A stretch of DNA of 48,982 nucleotides from Piedraia hortae CBS 480.64 (taxonomy: Eukaryota): positions 267,549 through 316,530 of the forward strand of contig MU005970.1 of assembly GCA_010093745.1 (NCBI GenBank), written 5' to 3'. Positions 46,276 through 48,982 of this stretch are shown in pieces. The translations under genes were made by a program, and so were the position numbers. Under the pieces are notes generated by a model. It did not search any database and was not told the DNA's origin. It was given only the letters and a program-made list of their open reading frames with translations. Numbering within the stretch: position 1 is the stretch's first letter; every line of letters starts with the position of its first letter.

Positions 46276-48444
46276 ATGTTTACCTGGCCGTTCCGGAGAA
46301 CACGAAAGCGTGACAACGCCCATTGCCCGCCGTTCGCTGCGGGTCCTGCGATTGTGACCACGACCGCGACCGAAGCCACGCCAGCGGCCACGCCCGAGAC
46401 CCTTTCCACCTCACTGCATCGACGACTGAGTAAGCGTGACAGCTGGCGCTGGTGGAGTCGCTCGCCTAGCGCTGAGATGACGGAACAACGCGTCAATCTT
46501 TCGCCACGCCGCCGCAGCGTCGAGAACGTCACCGCACTACCTACCTATCGTCTTACAGCAGATACCAGTCCACACCTCCGGCCGGTCGGCGCTGAGTGGC
46601 CTCATAAGCGCACCAACAAGGCTGCGGCAGCTGATGCGAACACCGGACTCCCGACGCCTCCACAGTCGCGACAGAGCAATGGAAGAATTGTGCGAAAGCT
46701 AAGCAAAAGGCGACCGGATACGCAACAATCATCGGCAAGTGCGCCAATTCCTATTCCAAAGCGCCCTGGCGAGGCTCCTTCGCGCATGACTAGCAAAAAA
46801 CGATGGCAACAGGGGAATCGCGATTCGGCCGCATCTTTACCGCCTGTAGACTCTGTACGGACTTCAGTTCATGGAGCCGAGCCACGTGTGTGGGCTGTGG
46901 GTGGACTGGATATGTTCAGTCCGCGGCCTGCAGTACGCTTATCCGGGTCTTATCACAATCTGATGAGCCGATCCAACTCGCACAGTGCATCCACGAATAG
47001 GGGGCTCAAGACAAAGCGCAGCGCAATGTCCGAGTTGTCCAAGCGACATCAACGTATCGGAAAGCAGGCTGACGAGCTCAGCGCGACAGAGCTTCGAACC
47101 CTGATGGAGCGAGACGCACGCCGCAAGGAGAGACCTCAATCTGAGCACGTGAAGCCACCCGAACATGACTTGCAGCAGCGGAAAGAACGACCGGCAAGTC
47201 AAGCCTCGATGCACCCTGCCTTGCGCAACTCGGTGAACGTGGGCCTTCGCATCGATGCGTCTTCCGGGACTGTCAAACACGAGCCAGAGTCCAGTAGGTT
47301 CTCTTCTGGGCCAGATGCAACGACTCGAAGATCCCAACCTACGCTTGATGGTGCCTTGCCAGAAGTAGAAACGGAGTCTCTACCGACGGTGCAATTGCAA
47401 ACCTCACCCAAATACCCTTTCCCGCCCAAGCCGGCTACAAACATCCCTTGCATATCCTCTTCACTTGGCAGAGACCAACTTCAGCCCCTACCAATCGTCC
47501 CACGTAGTTCGTCAACTTCAAGGGAACGGCGAACAAGTCCATGGGGCTCCTTATTTCGCCGTGGCAGCAACATGTTTCGAAAGTCTGCCACAGAATCAAT
47601 GTCCGAAGGCTCGTTCTCAAATACCTCGCGTGAGGCAATGCGCATGCAGCCTCGGCCTACTCATCTCCTCGACGCTCAACCATACAAGCCGCCCAGTTCA
47701 AGCATAAGAACGCATAGCAGGTTCCGGGAAGAATTGCCCGAACTCCCCTCACCTCCAGATTCGCGGATACCTTCGCCCGATCTAGCGTCGGCTGTTACAC
47801 GGAAATCGCCATCGCGCATAGAGGCTGTGCAGACAACCCAACTACTGGACAATTCAAGGGCTGACAACCCCCATGTACGCAGCGATACTCCAATCAGCCC
47901 TGTCACGTTTGATCAGGAGCTGGAAACCTCATTCGGATCCTTGGATTCCGAAGGATCCTGGCTGGCGAGCTCCTCGAGACAGCAGTCTGGCAAAGCCGGA
48001 TTGCGGAAACGATATGACTCTCTGAACAAGCACCAGCACGAAGCAGCGATGGGAAGAGAACAAAGTTCAGAGTTCCTTGATCGCCGGAAAAGCAGTCCTA
48101 CCATATACACCCACGGACATCAGCATCGTCGAAACAGTCCTCCCATGTACAACCATGTAGAGCATCATCAGCCGACCATTGTGCCACATGAAAGCCGCAT
48201 CCGGTCCCGCCAGTGTCTGGTTGCCGATATTTTTGATGAGATTGACGCGCTCGAAGAGCTTGAAGGCGAGAACGCGGGCGGTGCGGAGCCCATGGTCCAA
48301 CTTGGTCGGGCACGCAGCGTCAAAGTTGACCTGGGACATGCAAGACAAGTTTCTGCAGGCAGTGCGCGGCTGCTGGACATACCGCCATCCAGCAAACGAT
48401 GTTCCACTGGCTCCTCTTCATATTCCCGCACAGAATCACAGTGA
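46276..48444 (+). CDS. Hypothetical low-complexity Ser/Arg/Pro-rich protein
   Basis: Long uninterrupted ORF (about 720 aa from ATG 46276), probably intrinsically disordered; no family recognised. Confidence 0.75.
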   Translation: MFTWPFRRTRKRDNAHCPPFAAGPAIVTTTATEATPAATPETLSTSLHRRLSKRDSWRWWSRSPSAEMTEQRVNLSPRRRSVENVTALPTYRLTADTSPHLRPVGAEWPHKRTNKAAAADANTGLPTPPQSRQSNGRIVRKLSKRRPDTQQSSASAPIPIPKRPGEAPSRMTSKKRWQQGNRDSAASLPPVDSVRTSVHGAEPRVWAVGGLDMFSPRPAVRLSGSYHNLMSRSNSHSASTNRGLKTKRSAMSELSKRHQRIGKQADELSATELRTLMERDARRKERPQSEHVKPPEHDLQQRKERPASQASMHPALRNSVNVGLRIDASSGTVKHEPESSRFSSGPDATTRRSQPTLDGALPEVETESLPTVQLQTSPKYPFPPKPATNIPCISSSLGRDQLQPLPIVPRSSSTSRERRTSPWGSLFRRGSNMFRKSATESMSEGSFSNTSREAMRMQPRPTHLLDAQPYKPPSSSIRTHSRFREELPELPSPPDSRIPSPDLASAVTRKSPSRIEAVQTTQLLDNSRADNPHVRSDTPISPVTFDQELETSFGSLDSEGSWLASSSRQQSGKAGLRKRYDSLNKHQHEAAMGREQSSEFLDRRKSSPTIYTHGHQHRRNSPPMYNHVEHHQPTIVPHESRIRSRQCLVADIFDEIDALEELEGENAGGAEPMVQLGRARSVKVDLGHARQVSAGSARLLDIPPSSKRCSTGSSSYSRTESQ

Positions 48445-48676
48445 ATCTTTTCCTTGGTTAATTTCATCTGCCCTCTTTTTTTCTTTTTCCCCAAAGCCTA
48501 GGCTTGATTGAGCTTGATACCCTGATTGTTTGAGCAGCGATACATATTTGAAGGCGATGTGGTCATGCCTTAACAGAGTCACAACCATTATAATAGTTGA
48601 TAGGCATTGTAATAGTTGATAGGTTTATTTTGACTTAAAATAAATCCGATCCAGCCTGCCTGCCTAGCCCAACGAG

Positions 48677-48822
48677 CAATGGGCATAGGGCGTATGCCCA
48701 TTGACCGGCACAAAAAGGCCTAAAATGACATCCCACAATGTTCTAGAGACGTGTAGAGTAGGTTAGAGTGGTTTTCTAAGAGGTCGATTTTGGTGAGGGG
48801 GGAAGAGCGTATGCCCATTGAC
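48677..48822. repeat. Perfect 11 bp hairpin plus a 16 bp direct repeat
   Basis: caatgggcata-gggcg-tatgcccattg at 48677-48703; gcgtatgcccattgac at 48690 and 48807. Confidence 0.75.
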
Positions 48823-48982
48823 TTTTGATGGACTTGTCGAGGCGAAATTTGAACAGGGTAATGAGATGGTCCCGATGCAGGTTAGGAAAAAAGTTGAGAT
48901 GATTCTAATGGTTGGATGGCGATATAGGCAGGCAGTGGTTGGGGGTAGGGAGAGTAGTGGTGGGGGGATAGGGTTGGTAGTA

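Overview
A gene-dense 49 kb window from a filamentous ascomycete (Pezizomycotina; a compact-genome Dothideomycete is an inference). It has very short GT-AG introns (mostly 42-51 nt) and tiny divergent intergenic gaps (48-90 bp). About 24 genes are present: CHO2 (partial), NBP35, a PflX-like radical SAM enzyme, a GH43 hydrolase, a cytochrome P450 head-to-head with a PhhA-like aromatic hydroxylase, a GILT-like thiol reductase, an MFS permease, CHM7, RAD18, thioredoxin, a Bqt4-like APSES protein, Rho-GDI, ATG18, PPM2/TYW4 with a JmjC domain, PPS1, YND1, a class I glutamine amidotransferase, VCX1, CCA1, TRS85 and three hypothetical proteins. The most notable observation is an apparent in-frame fusion of the CCA-adding tRNA nucleotidyltransferase to a Tti2-like (TTT co-chaperone) domain. 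An accessory stretch at about 11.4-14.3 kb holds a small inverted-repeat element, a decayed TPR gene and a ~470 nt highly self-complementary region that may be a structured ncRNA. All family assignments come from motif recognition and hand-inferred splicing; no database searches were run.
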